Below are positions 15,815 through 25,167 of a stretch of DNA of 30,779 nt, piece after piece. Source of the stretch: an uncultured Gemmatimonadota bacterium (GTDB taxonomy: Bacteria; GCA-2686955); contig CAZBBK010000005.1 in the NCBI GenBank assembly GCA_964490075.1, positions 124,001 through 154,779 of the forward strand, read 5' to 3'. Both the position numbers and the translations under genes were made by a program. The notes beneath the pieces were generated by a model that saw nothing but the letters and a program-made list of their open reading frames with translations, was not told the origin of the DNA and made no database searches. Positions within the stretch are counted from its first letter, which is position 1. Each line of letters starts with the position of its first letter.

Positions 15815-17617
15815 TCAGTCTGCGAAGAGAACCGGATCGAGCGCGCTCTCGTCGCCCGAGCGGATCTGCTCGACCAGGGCGTGGGCGCGCGGCAGGAAGT
15901 TGTGCACGTAGAACTTCAGGTTGGCGATCTTGCCGCGATAGAAGGCCTCGTCGGCGCCGCTCGCGCCGGCCTCCAGCGCCTGGTGGGCGGCCAGAGCCTG
16001 CTCCGCGGCGTGCACGCCGAGGATCACGGTGCCGAACTGCTCCAGGAAGGGCGTCGCCTGCAGCATCGCGCCGTTGAGGTTGCCGCCGCCGGCCATGCCA
16101 CCGATGTGCATCATGGTGCCGCCGATCCCCTGCACCGCGGTCTGCAGCTGGCCGACCTCTTCCGCGAACACCGCCTTGGCCTCGTTCAAGAGCTTGCCGG
16201 TCTCCGCCATCCAGGCCATCACCAGCTTGCCGGAGCCCTTGGGGAGCTTGCGCCCCACCAGGTCCATCGCCTGGATGCCGTTGGTGCCTTCGTAGATCGA
16301 GGCGATCTTGGCGTCGCGCATGTACTGCTCGACCGGGTACTCGGTGCAGTAGCCGTAGCCGCCCAGGGTCTGGAGCGCGGTCACGCACATCTCGAAGCCG
16401 AGATCGGAGCAGTGGGCCTTGCAAATCGGCGTCATCAGCTCGACGTTGCTCTCGTGGGCGTCGTGCTGGTCGGGGTCGCCGTGCTCGGCCAGGGTGATCC
16501 GCAGGGCGGTGGCGTAGAGGAAGGAACGCATGGTCTCGGTCGCCACCTTCATGCGCATCAGCATGCGGCGCACGTCGGGGTGGTTGACGATCTCGACCGA
16601 CTCGGCGTTGGGATCGGCGATGTTCTCGAGCTTCGGCCCCTGGATCCGCTCCTTGGCGAAAGCCAGGGCGTTCAGGTAGGCGGCCGCGGCGGTCGCCTGG
16701 CCTTGCAGACCGACCTCCAGGCGGGCCTCGTTCATCATGGCGAACATGATGCGGATGCCTTCGTTCTCGTTGCCGATCAGGTAGCCGCGGCAGGGCTGGC
16801 CGGCGCCGAAGGCAAGGGTGCAGGTGGCGGAGCCCTGGATTCCCAGCTTGTGCTCCAGCCCGACCACGTCGACGCCGTTGCGATCGCCCGATTCGACGTC
16901 GTGCTTGGGCACCATGAAGATCGACAGGCCGGCGGTGCCGTTCGGCGCGCCCGGCACCCGAGCCAGCACCAGGTGGATGACGTTGTCGGCGTAGTTGGCG
17001 TCGCCGCAGGAGATGAAGATCTTCTCGCCCTCGATCAGGTAGACGCCCTCTTCGTCGGTGGCGGTCGCCTTGCAGCGGCAGTCACCGACTGCGCTGCCGG
17101 CACCGGCCTCGGTCAGGGCCATGGTGCCGATCCACTGGCCGGTGAAGAGCTTCTCCAGGCACTTCTCCTTCATCCAGTCGCTGCCGTAGGTCCTGAGCAG
17201 GTTGCCGGCGCCGAAGGTCAGCCCCGGATACATCATCAGGGCGGTGTTGGCGCCGGTGAACATCTCGCCGATCGCCACGTTGATCACTTCCGGCAGGCCG
17301 ATGCCGCCGTGCTCCTGAGGCGCGGCGACGCCGAACCAGCCGCCTTCGACCATGGCGCTCCAGGCCGGGCCGTAGGCCTCGGGCAGGATCACGTCGCCCT
17401 CTTCGTTCAGCGTGCAGCCGGCGCGATCGCCCGGGGCGTTGGCCGGTGCCAGGGCTTCGGTGGCGACCCGCTCGGCCTCGTCCAGCATCGACTTGTAGAG
17501 GTCCAGATCGAACTCCGCGAACTTGTCGATCCCTTCGAGCTGCTCCTGGACCTTGAGCTGCTCGAAGAGCACGAAATGGATGTCTCGCATGTTGACGTTG
17601 AAGGCCGTTGCGCTCAC
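15815..17617 (-). CDS. Acyl-CoA dehydrogenase (long ~600-aa type with N- and C-terminal extensions)
   Basis: GAGGAG precedes GTG 17617. Motifs: [83 protein letters not shown]. Confidence 0.96.
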   Translation of the reverse strand: MSATAFNVNMRDIHFVLFEQLKVQEQLEGIDKFAEFDLDLYKSMLDEAERVATEALAPANAPGDRAGCTLNEEGDVILPEAYGPAWSAMVEGGWFGVAAPQEHGGIGLPEVINVAIGEMFTGANTALMMYPGLTFGAGNLLRTYGSDWMKEKCLEKLFTGQWIGTMALTEAGAGSAVGDCRCKATATDEEGVYLIEGEKIFISCGDANYADNVIHLVLARVPGAPNGTAGLSIFMVPKHDVESGDRNGVDVVGLEHKLGIQGSATCTLAFGAGQPCRGYLIGNENEGIRIMFAMMNEARLEVGLQGQATAAAAYLNALAFAKERIQGPKLENIADPNAESVEIVNHPDVRRMLMRMKVATETMRSFLYATALRITLAEHGDPDQHDAHESNVELMTPICKAHCSDLGFEMCVTALQTLGGYGYCTEYPVEQYMRDAKIASIYEGTNGIQAMDLVGRKLPKGSGKLVMAWMAETGKLLNEAKAVFAEEVGQLQTAVQGIGGTMMHIGGMAGGGNLNGAMLQATPFLEQFGTVILGVHAAEQALAAHQALEAGASGADEAFYRGKIANLKFYVHNFLPRAHALVEQIRSGDESALDPVLFAD

Positions 17618-17733
17618 GCTCTCTCCTCGGTTCGGCATTCCGGTCTCTGGGGCCCCGCGCCGGCGTCGCGCCTCTCGGCGGGTGCGGCGGAGACATGGCT
17701 GCGCCGCGCTGTCTCCTGAGAATATCGCTTTTT

Positions 17734-17748
17734 TGACGCGCCGCGTCA
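17734..17748. promoter_or_regulatory. Palindromic operator candidate upstream of the acyl-CoA dehydrogenase
   Basis: Perfect 7-1-7 palindrome TGACGCG-C-CGCGTCA next to an AT-rich stretch; TATTCT, a -10-like hexamer, lies on the minus strand. Confidence 0.5.
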
Positions 17749-18054
17749 CGCGGATTCCGTGATTTCCCCCAGATCCGGTCCTCGTGTCTCGTGCCGGTCC
17801 TGCGTTGATCGGGTCTTCAGCGCCACTCGATCCAGGCCCAGTTCGCCGGTCCGCCGTGGGTTCCCATGTCACTCCTGGATCCGTTCGGAACCCACTGGGG
17901 CCGCCGGGGATGGTGGGAAGACACGGGTCCAGGATTTCTCGAACGTCATGAGCCTCGGACCCGAGGGGATACACTGGACGAAGGGCCGCGAGAGCGTAGC
18001 CGACCTGCTACTCGGCCCGTCATCGGAGATCGAAGCTCGGTCCGAGAGGACACG

Positions 18055-20547
18055 ATGATGACACGGCGACTGGCCCTCCGCTGGATGCTGATCTTCGCTG
18101 GCGCTGTCAGCGCCCGCGCGCGGATCATCCACGTGCCCAACGACTCCCCTACGATCCAGGGCGCCATCGACAGCGCGATCGACGGCGACTCGGTGCTCGT
18201 TCATCCGGGCACCTACGTAGAGCGTCTGAACTTCCTCGGCAAGAGCATCCTCGTCACGGGGAGCGCGCCGGAAGACTCGGCGGTGGTCGCCCGAACAATC
18301 GTGGATGCCGCGGCGACGAAGGACGATCCGGCCAGCGTGGTGACCTTAGCTTCGGGCGAAGGCTCGAACTCGATTCTGACCGGGTTGACGTTGACCGGGG
18401 GGACGGGAACGGTCATCCGTGCGGGACGCTTCGGCGCCGAGAGCGTCGCAGGTGGCGGCGTGCTCTGCACCGCCGCCTCGTCGCCCCACCTCCGGCACCT
18501 CGTCATCCACCACAACCGGGTCGTCGGCGAGCCGGCAATGGGCGGTGGACTTCACTGTCGCGAGCATTCCTCGCCGCGGCTCACCAACTGCACGATCAGA
18601 GCGAATTCGACCGGCGGGTCCTATATGGGCGGCGGCGGCGGGCTCTACTCCAACGCGGCAACGCCAATCCTGATGAGCTGCAGAGTCATCGGCAACTGGA
18701 CCACCGGCAGCGGTGGAGGGCTGCGCTGCCACGCCTCCTCCCCCACCCTCACGCGGTGCAGAGTCACCGGCAACACCGTCACTCGCCCCATGGGTTCCGG
18801 CGGTGGTCTTCATTGCAGCGCGTCCGCCGTGGAGCTTGCCGACTGCACGATTTCAGGGAATTCGTCGCTCGATACAGGTGGCGCACTCGTCTGCGTTGGG
18901 TCGACGACCGCAACGATGATCCGGTGTCGATTGGACGGGAACCGGGCTGGCAACGCCAGCGGCACAGGAGGAGCGATCCACGGTGTCGGTTCATCGTTCG
19001 AGCTGACCGATTGCACGGTGGCGGACAACGACGCCGCCCAGCACGGTGGCGGGATCTACTGCTGGCAATCCTCGGTCTATCTCTTGCGCTGCGTGTTGGC
19101 GACAAACTCGGCTGGACACGCGGGCGGCGGAATCTACTGCTATTCCTCCTCGCCGGTCCTCGCCAACTGCACCATCGTTGGCAACACCGCCTTCAGCGGC
19201 GCGGGCGGACTGCATGGCGAGAACGACTCAACTCCATCGATCATCAACAGCATTCTCTGGCGTGATGCCCCCACTGAAATCGGTGGCGACTCGTGCTCGC
19301 CGCGCATCGCCTACTCCGATGTCTACGGAGGCTGGCCGGGCCCAGGCAACATCGATGCCGATCCTCGCTTCTGTGACGTTGTCTGCGGAAGCTGGGACGA
19401 CCTTGGACTCGCGGCCGATTCGCCCTGCCTGGAAGCTGGTTACGAAGGCGCGGATATGGGAGCGACGGGTCCCGCTTGCGACAGCCCGGCGCAGCACATG
19501 CCCCGGGTCCTCGCAGTCCCCAGCGACTACGCCACTATTGGCGACGCCCTGAAGGACGCGTGCGATCGTGACACCGTTCTCGTAGCCCCAGGAACCTACC
19601 TTGAGACCACGCTGGAGGTTCCTCCTCTCGACCTGGTGATTCGGGGATGGGACCCTGGAGATCCGGAGAGAGTGAGGTCGACGGCAATCGTCACCGGTGG
19701 AAAGGACGCATTGGTGTTTCCGCCGTCGCCTTCAGGTCGAGGTCCATGCGCGACAGTTGCCGGTCTGACCATCTCCTCGAATCGCAGCGGAATCGTCTGT
19801 CTCGCCGCTTCGCCCCTGATCGACCGTTGCACGGTCTTGGGTCCCGGATCGGGCAAGATCAACCATGGCTCTGGCATCTACTGCTCCTGGTCGTCGCCGA
19901 CGGTCGAGAGATGCACGGTTGCGGGAATAGCGTCCACGTGGGCTGCCGCGGGGATCCACTGCCATCACTCCTCACCAACCCTCGTCAACTGCTCGATCGT
20001 CGGCAACACCAGCCTATCTCGCACAGGCGGAGCGCTCACCGCCTACTACTCCTCCCCGACCCTGCACGGTTGTCTGGTCAGCGACAACTCCGTCATCGGG
20101 GATTACAGCCGAGGCGGCGGCGTCTACTGTCACAGCTCGTCGCCGGTCCTTAGCAACTGTACCTTTACGAACAACACCTCGGATGATCGCGGCGGCGGTC
20201 TGTACTTCGATTCGAGCACGCCCGTTCTCACCAACTGCATCGTATGGAACAACGCCCCAGAGGGAATCGAAGTCGCTTCCGGGAGTCCGATCGTGACCTT
20301 CTCGGACGTTCAGCAGGGCTGGCCCGGCAAAGGCAACATCGAGGCCGATCCCGGCTTCCGCTCCGCCGGTTCTTACGATCAGCTCCTGGGTCCAGGTTCC
20401 CCCTGCATCGACACCGGTGACCCGACCATCGAAGATGCTCTCTCCGACTGGCATCGGAGGTGGCCGTCGCGCCTGCCGAACGGCGCGCGCTCGGACATGG
20501 GTGCCTATGGAGGACCGGAGAACGGGGGGTGGTTGGGCCGTCCGTGA
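18055..20547 (+). CDS. Secreted right-handed parallel beta-helix repeat protein (pectate-lyase-like/PMP-type repeats), two tandem modules
   Basis: GAGGA precedes ATG 18055; signal peptide. Two VP.D..TI..A....D.VLV.PGTY.E caps, many GGG(L/I)xCxxSSPxLxNCxIxxN repeats and two GWPG.GNI.ADP.F...SPC...DMGA tails. Confidence 0.88.
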   Translation: MMTRRLALRWMLIFAGAVSARARIIHVPNDSPTIQGAIDSAIDGDSVLVHPGTYVERLNFLGKSILVTGSAPEDSAVVARTIVDAAATKDDPASVVTLASGEGSNSILTGLTLTGGTGTVIRAGRFGAESVAGGGVLCTAASSPHLRHLVIHHNRVVGEPAMGGGLHCREHSSPRLTNCTIRANSTGGSYMGGGGGLYSNAATPILMSCRVIGNWTTGSGGGLRCHASSPTLTRCRVTGNTVTRPMGSGGGLHCSASAVELADCTISGNSSLDTGGALVCVGSTTATMIRCRLDGNRAGNASGTGGAIHGVGSSFELTDCTVADNDAAQHGGGIYCWQSSVYLLRCVLATNSAGHAGGGIYCYSSSPVLANCTIVGNTAFSGAGGLHGENDSTPSIINSILWRDAPTEIGGDSCSPRIAYSDVYGGWPGPGNIDADPRFCDVVCGSWDDLGLAADSPCLEAGYEGADMGATGPACDSPAQHMPRVLAVPSDYATIGDALKDACDRDTVLVAPGTYLETTLEVPPLDLVIRGWDPGDPERVRSTAIVTGGKDALVFPPSPSGRGPCATVAGLTISSNRSGIVCLAASPLIDRCTVLGPGSGKINHGSGIYCSWSSPTVERCTVAGIASTWAAAGIHCHHSSPTLVNCSIVGNTSLSRTGGALTAYYSSPTLHGCLVSDNSVIGDYSRGGGVYCHSSSPVLSNCTFTNNTSDDRGGGLYFDSSTPVLTNCIVWNNAPEGIEVASGSPIVTFSDVQQGWPGKGNIEADPGFRSAGSYDQLLGPGSPCIDTGDPTIEDALSDWHRRWPSRLPNGARSDMGAYGGPENGGWLGRP

Positions 20548-20709
20548 AGCTCGACGACCGGGGCGGGATCTGGATGCCAGAATGGCAAGCCATTTCGACG
20601 TGAACCCTGAGCAAGCCTCGAACGCTGGATCGCCGGCGCGCGTTGACCGGCCTCCAGATCGGTGTCAACCTTCCTGCAATCGTCCACACATCTCGCCGGG
20701 AGAGCCGCC

Positions 20710-21807
20710 ATGAGCCCGATCACAATTCCAATCCTCCTCGCGCTCGCGGGTACCGACCTGGCAATCGCTCCACGCGCCGTGCTCTCGCCGCCGGCGATCG
20801 AGCTCACTTTCGTGCCGCCGCGCGGCTCACACGAGAACCTGGAAGGGCGCGTCTACGGCGTGAATCCCGCCACCCATCGGGTCGCGACCTACATCTTCGT
20901 GGAGCAGGCCTACGGCTGGTGGAACAAGCCCTACCTCGATCCCCGCACCGTCGAGATCGCGCCGGACGGGACTTTCGAGGTCGACATCACCACCGGCGGA
21001 ATCGACCCCGATGCGACGCGCATCGCCGTCTACCTGGTGGCGGACTCGTTCACGCCGCCGGCCTGTGTTCCCTGCGCCGATCTGCCGGAGCTCGATGAGC
21101 CGCGCACGGTCGTCTGCCGCCCACCCGGGGAGCGGGAGCTGAGCTGCCTGGGGCGCACCTGGGTGGTGAAGCGCAACGACCTCTCCGCCGGTCCCGTCGG
21201 CCCCGGCCCCAACTACTTCGACGACAGCGCCGAGAGCGTATTCTGCGACGCGCAGGGCCTGCACCTGAGCATTCGCTTCGACGGCTTGCGCTGGCTGGCG
21301 ACCGAGGTCGTGCTGCAGGAGTCGCTGGGCTTCGGAAGCTACGTTTTCGAGGTCGAGGGACGGGTCGACGAGATCGATGCCAATGTGGTGCTCGGGCTTT
21401 TCACCTGGGACGATTGCGCTGGCTACAGTCCCAGATATCCGCACGACCATGCCCGTGAAATCGATGTCGAGTTCGCCCGCTGGGGCAATCCCTTCGACCC
21501 GGAGAACGCCCAGTTCGTCGTGCAACCCTGGGATGCTCCCGATCACCTGCAACGCTTTGCCGTGACGCTGGAAGATCCCGGCGTCGTCACCTGCGGCTTC
21601 CACTGGGCCGAAGACGAGGTGCAATTTCGCAGCCGCACCGAGTCAGAGACACTTTCCTGGCAGTACGCCGGCGCCGATGTGCCCGAGCCGGAGCTGGAGA
21701 ATGTCCGTTTCAATCTCTGGCTGGTCGGCGGTGCGCCGCCCACCGATGGGCAGGAGCTGGAGGTGGTGATCAGTGACTTCGCGTTCGCCCCTCTGGAAGG
21801 AGAGTAG
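20710..21807 (+). CDS. Secreted GH16-like (concanavalin-A fold) glycoside hydrolase with an N-terminal accessory domain
   Basis: Hydrophobic N-terminus, GPGPNYF, LGFGSY, NVVLGLFTW, catalytic-type EIDVEF (ExDxE) and RFNLWL. Confidence 0.72.
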   Translation: MSPITIPILLALAGTDLAIAPRAVLSPPAIELTFVPPRGSHENLEGRVYGVNPATHRVATYIFVEQAYGWWNKPYLDPRTVEIAPDGTFEVDITTGGIDPDATRIAVYLVADSFTPPACVPCADLPELDEPRTVVCRPPGERELSCLGRTWVVKRNDLSAGPVGPGPNYFDDSAESVFCDAQGLHLSIRFDGLRWLATEVVLQESLGFGSYVFEVEGRVDEIDANVVLGLFTWDDCAGYSPRYPHDHAREIDVEFARWGNPFDPENAQFVVQPWDAPDHLQRFAVTLEDPGVVTCGFHWAEDEVQFRSRTESETLSWQYAGADVPEPELENVRFNLWLVGGAPPTDGQELEVVISDFAFAPLEGE

Positions 21808-21815
21808 GAGCCCGC

Positions 21816-22448
21816 TCAGATCCGCCGCAGCAGCTTGAATCCGACCTGGCGCCCCTGCCCGCCGACCACGGCGAGGTGAATCCACAGCACCGCCAAGGCT
21901 TCGAGCAGCGCGGCGTTGCGCAGCGGGCCGGCATCGATCGGCGTGAAGCCGGCCGCCTGGGCGAGCCCGGCCACCATCTCCTTGGCGGCCGGGTCGTCTC
22001 CTGCTAGCTGCACGTCGATCCCTGTTCCGTCCAGCGTCGGGTCGAGGTGGAACTCCGCGCCAAAGGTCGAGAAGCCCTTGACGAAGCGGACACCGGGAAA
22101 GTGCTGCGCGAGCGCGGCGGTGATCGATCCCTCCGGCGGAGGACTCCAGATCGGCCCGTCGCGGAAGGCGACGGGGTTCGCGCAGTCGACCACGGTCTGT
22201 CCCGAGATGTCGCCCGCGGCCCTCACCGCGTCGACCGCCGCAGCCGCCGGCACCGTCAGGAAGATCGGATCCGCGTCGCGGCAGGCCTCCTCGATGGGCA
22301 GCGCCCGCGCGCCGCCGCCACAGCGGCTCAAGAGCTGCGATACGTCCTTTCCGCGGCGCACGCCGAAGCGCAGGTCGTGGCCCCAGGCGCTCAGGCGAAT
22401 GCCCAGGTTGCCCCCCACGTTTCCGGTGCCGATGATCGCGATCTGCAT
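21816..22448 (-). CDS. NADPH-dependent F420 reductase-family dinucleotide-binding oxidoreductase
   Basis: MQIAIIGTGNVG (GxGxxG), VVDCANP, VKGFST, AGDDPAAK and GFTPIDAGPLRNA; 210 aa. Confidence 0.9.
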   Translation of the reverse strand: MQIAIIGTGNVGGNLGIRLSAWGHDLRFGVRRGKDVSQLLSRCGGGARALPIEEACRDADPIFLTVPAAAAVDAVRAAGDISGQTVVDCANPVAFRDGPIWSPPPEGSITAALAQHFPGVRFVKGFSTFGAEFHLDPTLDGTGIDVQLAGDDPAAKEMVAGLAQAAGFTPIDAGPLRNAALLEALAVLWIHLAVVGGQGRQVGFKLLRRI

Positions 22449-22619
22449 GGCTGTTCCTCGCTTCCTGCGCCGAGCCCGGCGCACCGCGGCCTGGATGGCC
22501 CACCATTGATAGGCCACGCCGCTCGATGCATCAACCGCGCGCGGAGCGTGCCTGCCAGGCGTTGGATCGGTCCGACCATGGCGCCGAGCAGAGGACGGAA
22601 TCGACCGCGAGGAGGCGAC

Positions 22620-23535
22620 CTGCCCGACCCCACGCTCCCCGTCATCGCCGGACGCAAGCCGGAGCGCGTCGAGAGCTCCAAGCCGGCGAGATTTACTACT
22701 GGTGCGCCCGCGGGCGCTCGCGACAGCAGCCCTTCTGCGACGGTTCGCATCGCGGCACGGACTTCGGCCCGATCGAGCTGCGCGCCGAGCGCTCCGAGGA
22801 GGCCCACCTCTGCATGTGCAAACGCAGCGCCGACGCACCCCACTGCGACGGCGCGCACCGCCATCTGAAGGAGGACTCGATCGATCGGTCGCCCAGTGGA
22901 CCGGAAGACACGATCGCGCCAGTCGCGCCGACTCCCGAAGAGCCCGGCGTGCAGCGCATCCACGAGCTGGCGCGCCATGGCCTGGAACGCGCCGGCCGCC
23001 ACGGCGAGCTGGTTCCGATGGGCGTGCCGCGTCCCGCCCTGCCGCAGTGGGACGATATCCAGATCCTCACCGCGCAGCTCGCCAGTCGTCCCTTGCTCGA
23101 CGACGAGCCGGTGGGCAGCGAGCTGGTGATCGGCCCCGGCGCGGCCGGGGCGACGTGACGCTGACCGCGACCGGAGGGCTGCGCATGCCCGAGGACTTCG
23201 TCAAGGCGCTCTGCTTGGGCGCCGACGGCGTGGCGATCGCCAGCTCGGCCATGCAGGCGATCGGCTGCGTCGCCGCGCGCATCTGCCACACCGGCAACTG
23301 CCCCTCCGGCGTGGCCACCCAGAAGGCCGGGCTGCGCGCTCGCCTGAACGTCGAGGGCGCTGCCGAGCGCCTCGATCGTTACCTGCGCGCGTCGGTCGAT
23401 TCGATGGCGGTCCTGGCCCGCGCCTGTGGCCACGGCCATCTGAGTGCCTTCACCAAGAGCGACCTCGCCACCTGGAAGAAGGAGATCAGCGAGCTGACAG
23501 GGTTCGAGTATGCTGGGCATCTTCCCGGTCGCTAG
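22620..23535 (+). pseudogene. CDGSH Fe-S domain / FMN-dependent glutamate synthase fusion, frameshifted and internally deleted
   Basis: GGAGG is followed by CTG at 22620 (alternative in-frame ATG at 22578). Frameshift at GTCGAGAGCTC (~22670). WCARG..PFCDGSH and LCMCK..PHCDGAH are followed by WDDIQIL..ELVIGP, then an out-of-frame jump at ~23145 to TGGLR..KALCLGAD..IGCVAARICHTGNCPSGVATQ. Confidence 0.88.
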
Positions 23536-23566
23536 CGATCGGACGTGAAGGAACGAGCCGACCGTC

Positions 23567-24469
23567 ATGCACGCCTACCTGGAGCTCGCCTGGCGCACCC
23601 AGGCCGATCATGCGCGCTACCTCTGGACCGAGCTCGGCGCGCCCCACGGCCAGAGCTGGATGTGGTGGCTGGCCGGCGTCTCGATCCTGGTCTACGCCCT
23701 CGAGCTGATCCGACCCTGGCGCACCGAGCAGGCGCGCATCCGCCGCGACTTCTGGCTCGACCTCTTCTACATCGTCTTCAACTCGTTCCTGTTCCCTTTG
23801 ATCGGCTATCAGGCGCTGGCGAGTGTCTCGACCGCTGCCTTCCACGATCTCTTGGCGCACTTCGGCGTCCGCAACCTGGTGGCTCTGCGGGTGGACGCCT
23901 GGCCGGTGGCGATGCAGCTGCTCGTGCTCTTCGTGCTGCGCGACTTCATACATTGGAATGTACACCGCCTGATGCACGCACGACCGCGACTCTGGGAGCT
24001 CCACAAGGTACACCATTCCGTGCGGGAGATGGGTTTCGCCGCCCACCTGCGTTTTCATTGGATGGAGACAGTCGTCTTCCGCAGCATCGAGTATCCGGTG
24101 CTCGCCCTGATCGGTTTCGGCGTCGACGATTTCTTCATCGTATACCTGGCGACACTGATCATCGGCCACCTCAACCACGCCAACTTCTCGCCCCGCCTGG
24201 GCCCCTTGCTCTACCTCTTCAACAGCGCCCGCATGCACATCTGGCACCACATGCACACTTACCCCGAGCGCCATCCGCGAGGTGTGAACTTCGCGATCAG
24301 CCTGAGCATCTGGGATTGGCTCTTCGGCAGCGCATACCTGCCGGCCGATGGTCGCGACATCCGTCTGGGCTTCGAAGGGATCGAGCGCTTTCCGCAACAC
24401 TTTGGCGGGCAGGTCGTCTACGGCTTGCGGTCCTTGGTGTTCGGTGTTTCACGAGGCGGAGGGAGATGA
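23567..24469 (+). CDS. Sterol desaturase / fatty acid hydroxylase family protein
   Basis: His boxes HRLMH, HKVHH, HLNHAN and HIWHH; NFAISLSIWDWLFG; several TM segments. Confidence 0.92.
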   Translation: MHAYLELAWRTQADHARYLWTELGAPHGQSWMWWLAGVSILVYALELIRPWRTEQARIRRDFWLDLFYIVFNSFLFPLIGYQALASVSTAAFHDLLAHFGVRNLVALRVDAWPVAMQLLVLFVLRDFIHWNVHRLMHARPRLWELHKVHHSVREMGFAAHLRFHWMETVVFRSIEYPVLALIGFGVDDFFIVYLATLIIGHLNHANFSPRLGPLLYLFNSARMHIWHHMHTYPERHPRGVNFAISLSIWDWLFGSAYLPADGRDIRLGFEGIERFPQHFGGQVVYGLRSLVFGVSRGGGR

Positions 24470-24483
24470 TGGGCAGCGCGCCC

Positions 24484-25074
24484 TCACCGCCGCTTGCGCT
24501 TCTTCTTCCGCTGCTGCTTGGCCCTGTTCCGAACCGTCGACCCGGCACCTCTCTTGCCGGATGAGCTCGGCCGCTCACCTGAGCTTGGCGTCGCGGGAGG
24601 CGCCGTCGGAGTCACGGCCGAGCCCCCTTCCTCCAACCCAAATGACAATTGCCGCGTCGTCTCGACCACCTCGGCCTCGGAGCTGTCGCGATGGATCACC
24701 TGGTGCACGACGCGGTCGGTCACCTCGGCGAGGTAGTCATCCAGGGTATCCGCAATCGCCTGGAACTCCGGCCAGAGGGCCTCGTCGACGAAGCGCTTCG
24801 ACATCTTGGCCACGACCGTCGTGTAGCGCTGGCCGCGGTAGCGGTAGGGCTGGATCCCGTAGCGCCGGAGCAGAGCAACGAAGACCTTCCGAGTCCACAT
24901 ATCGCTCATGGTGAAGCGGATCTCGACGGGCGGATCCTCCCTCTCCAGTTGCTTCAGCTTCTCGAGAATGCGCTCCCTGGCCCGCTCGGCCGCGATTCTC
25001 TCGCCGTCCGTGGTCGCTCCGGAGAAGAGCGCCTCGATCAGTTGCAGTTTCTCGATGAGTTTGGCTTCGTCCAT
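24484..25074 (-). CDS. Hypothetical protein (helical N-terminus, basic C-terminal tail)
   Basis: MDEAKLIEKLQLIEALFSGATTDGERIAAERARERI...LLRRYGIQPYRYRGQRYTTV; protein-like composition and coding-like codon bias. Confidence 0.75.
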   Translation of the reverse strand: MDEAKLIEKLQLIEALFSGATTDGERIAAERARERILEKLKQLEREDPPVEIRFTMSDMWTRKVFVALLRRYGIQPYRYRGQRYTTVVAKMSKRFVDEALWPEFQAIADTLDDYLAEVTDRVVHQVIHRDSSEAEVVETTRQLSFGLEEGGSAVTPTAPPATPSSGERPSSSGKRGAGSTVRNRAKQQRKKKRKRR

Positions 25075-25167
25075 GCGAATGTCGACTCCCGGCCGCGCGA
25101 CTCCTCGGCCGCTCCGGAACCGTACTGCTCGGCCGGCGCGAGCCACGCGGCGTACTTCGCCTCGCGC

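Noticed and set aside
14160..17719. Long ORFs 15161..17719 (+) and 14160..16424 (-)
   Set aside because: Antisense or off-frame shadows of the acyl-CoA dehydrogenase and the acidic protein, expected at high GC, with no motifs.
9639..20535. Diversity-generating retroelement template/variable repeat pair (9639-9758 vs 20416-20535)
   Set aside because: Differences are spread over all bases and are often synonymous rather than adenine-specific, and there is no reverse transcriptase in the window.
21816..22448. Evidence for F420 metabolism
   Set aside because: This Rossmann family is widespread in organisms without F420, and no F420 biosynthesis genes are present here.
22660..23160. Programmed frameshift or Sec/TGA read-through in the CDGSH-glutamate synthase gene
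   Set aside because: No slippery heptamer, the downstream part is in a different frame from the TGA, and core blocks are missing, so decay explains it better.
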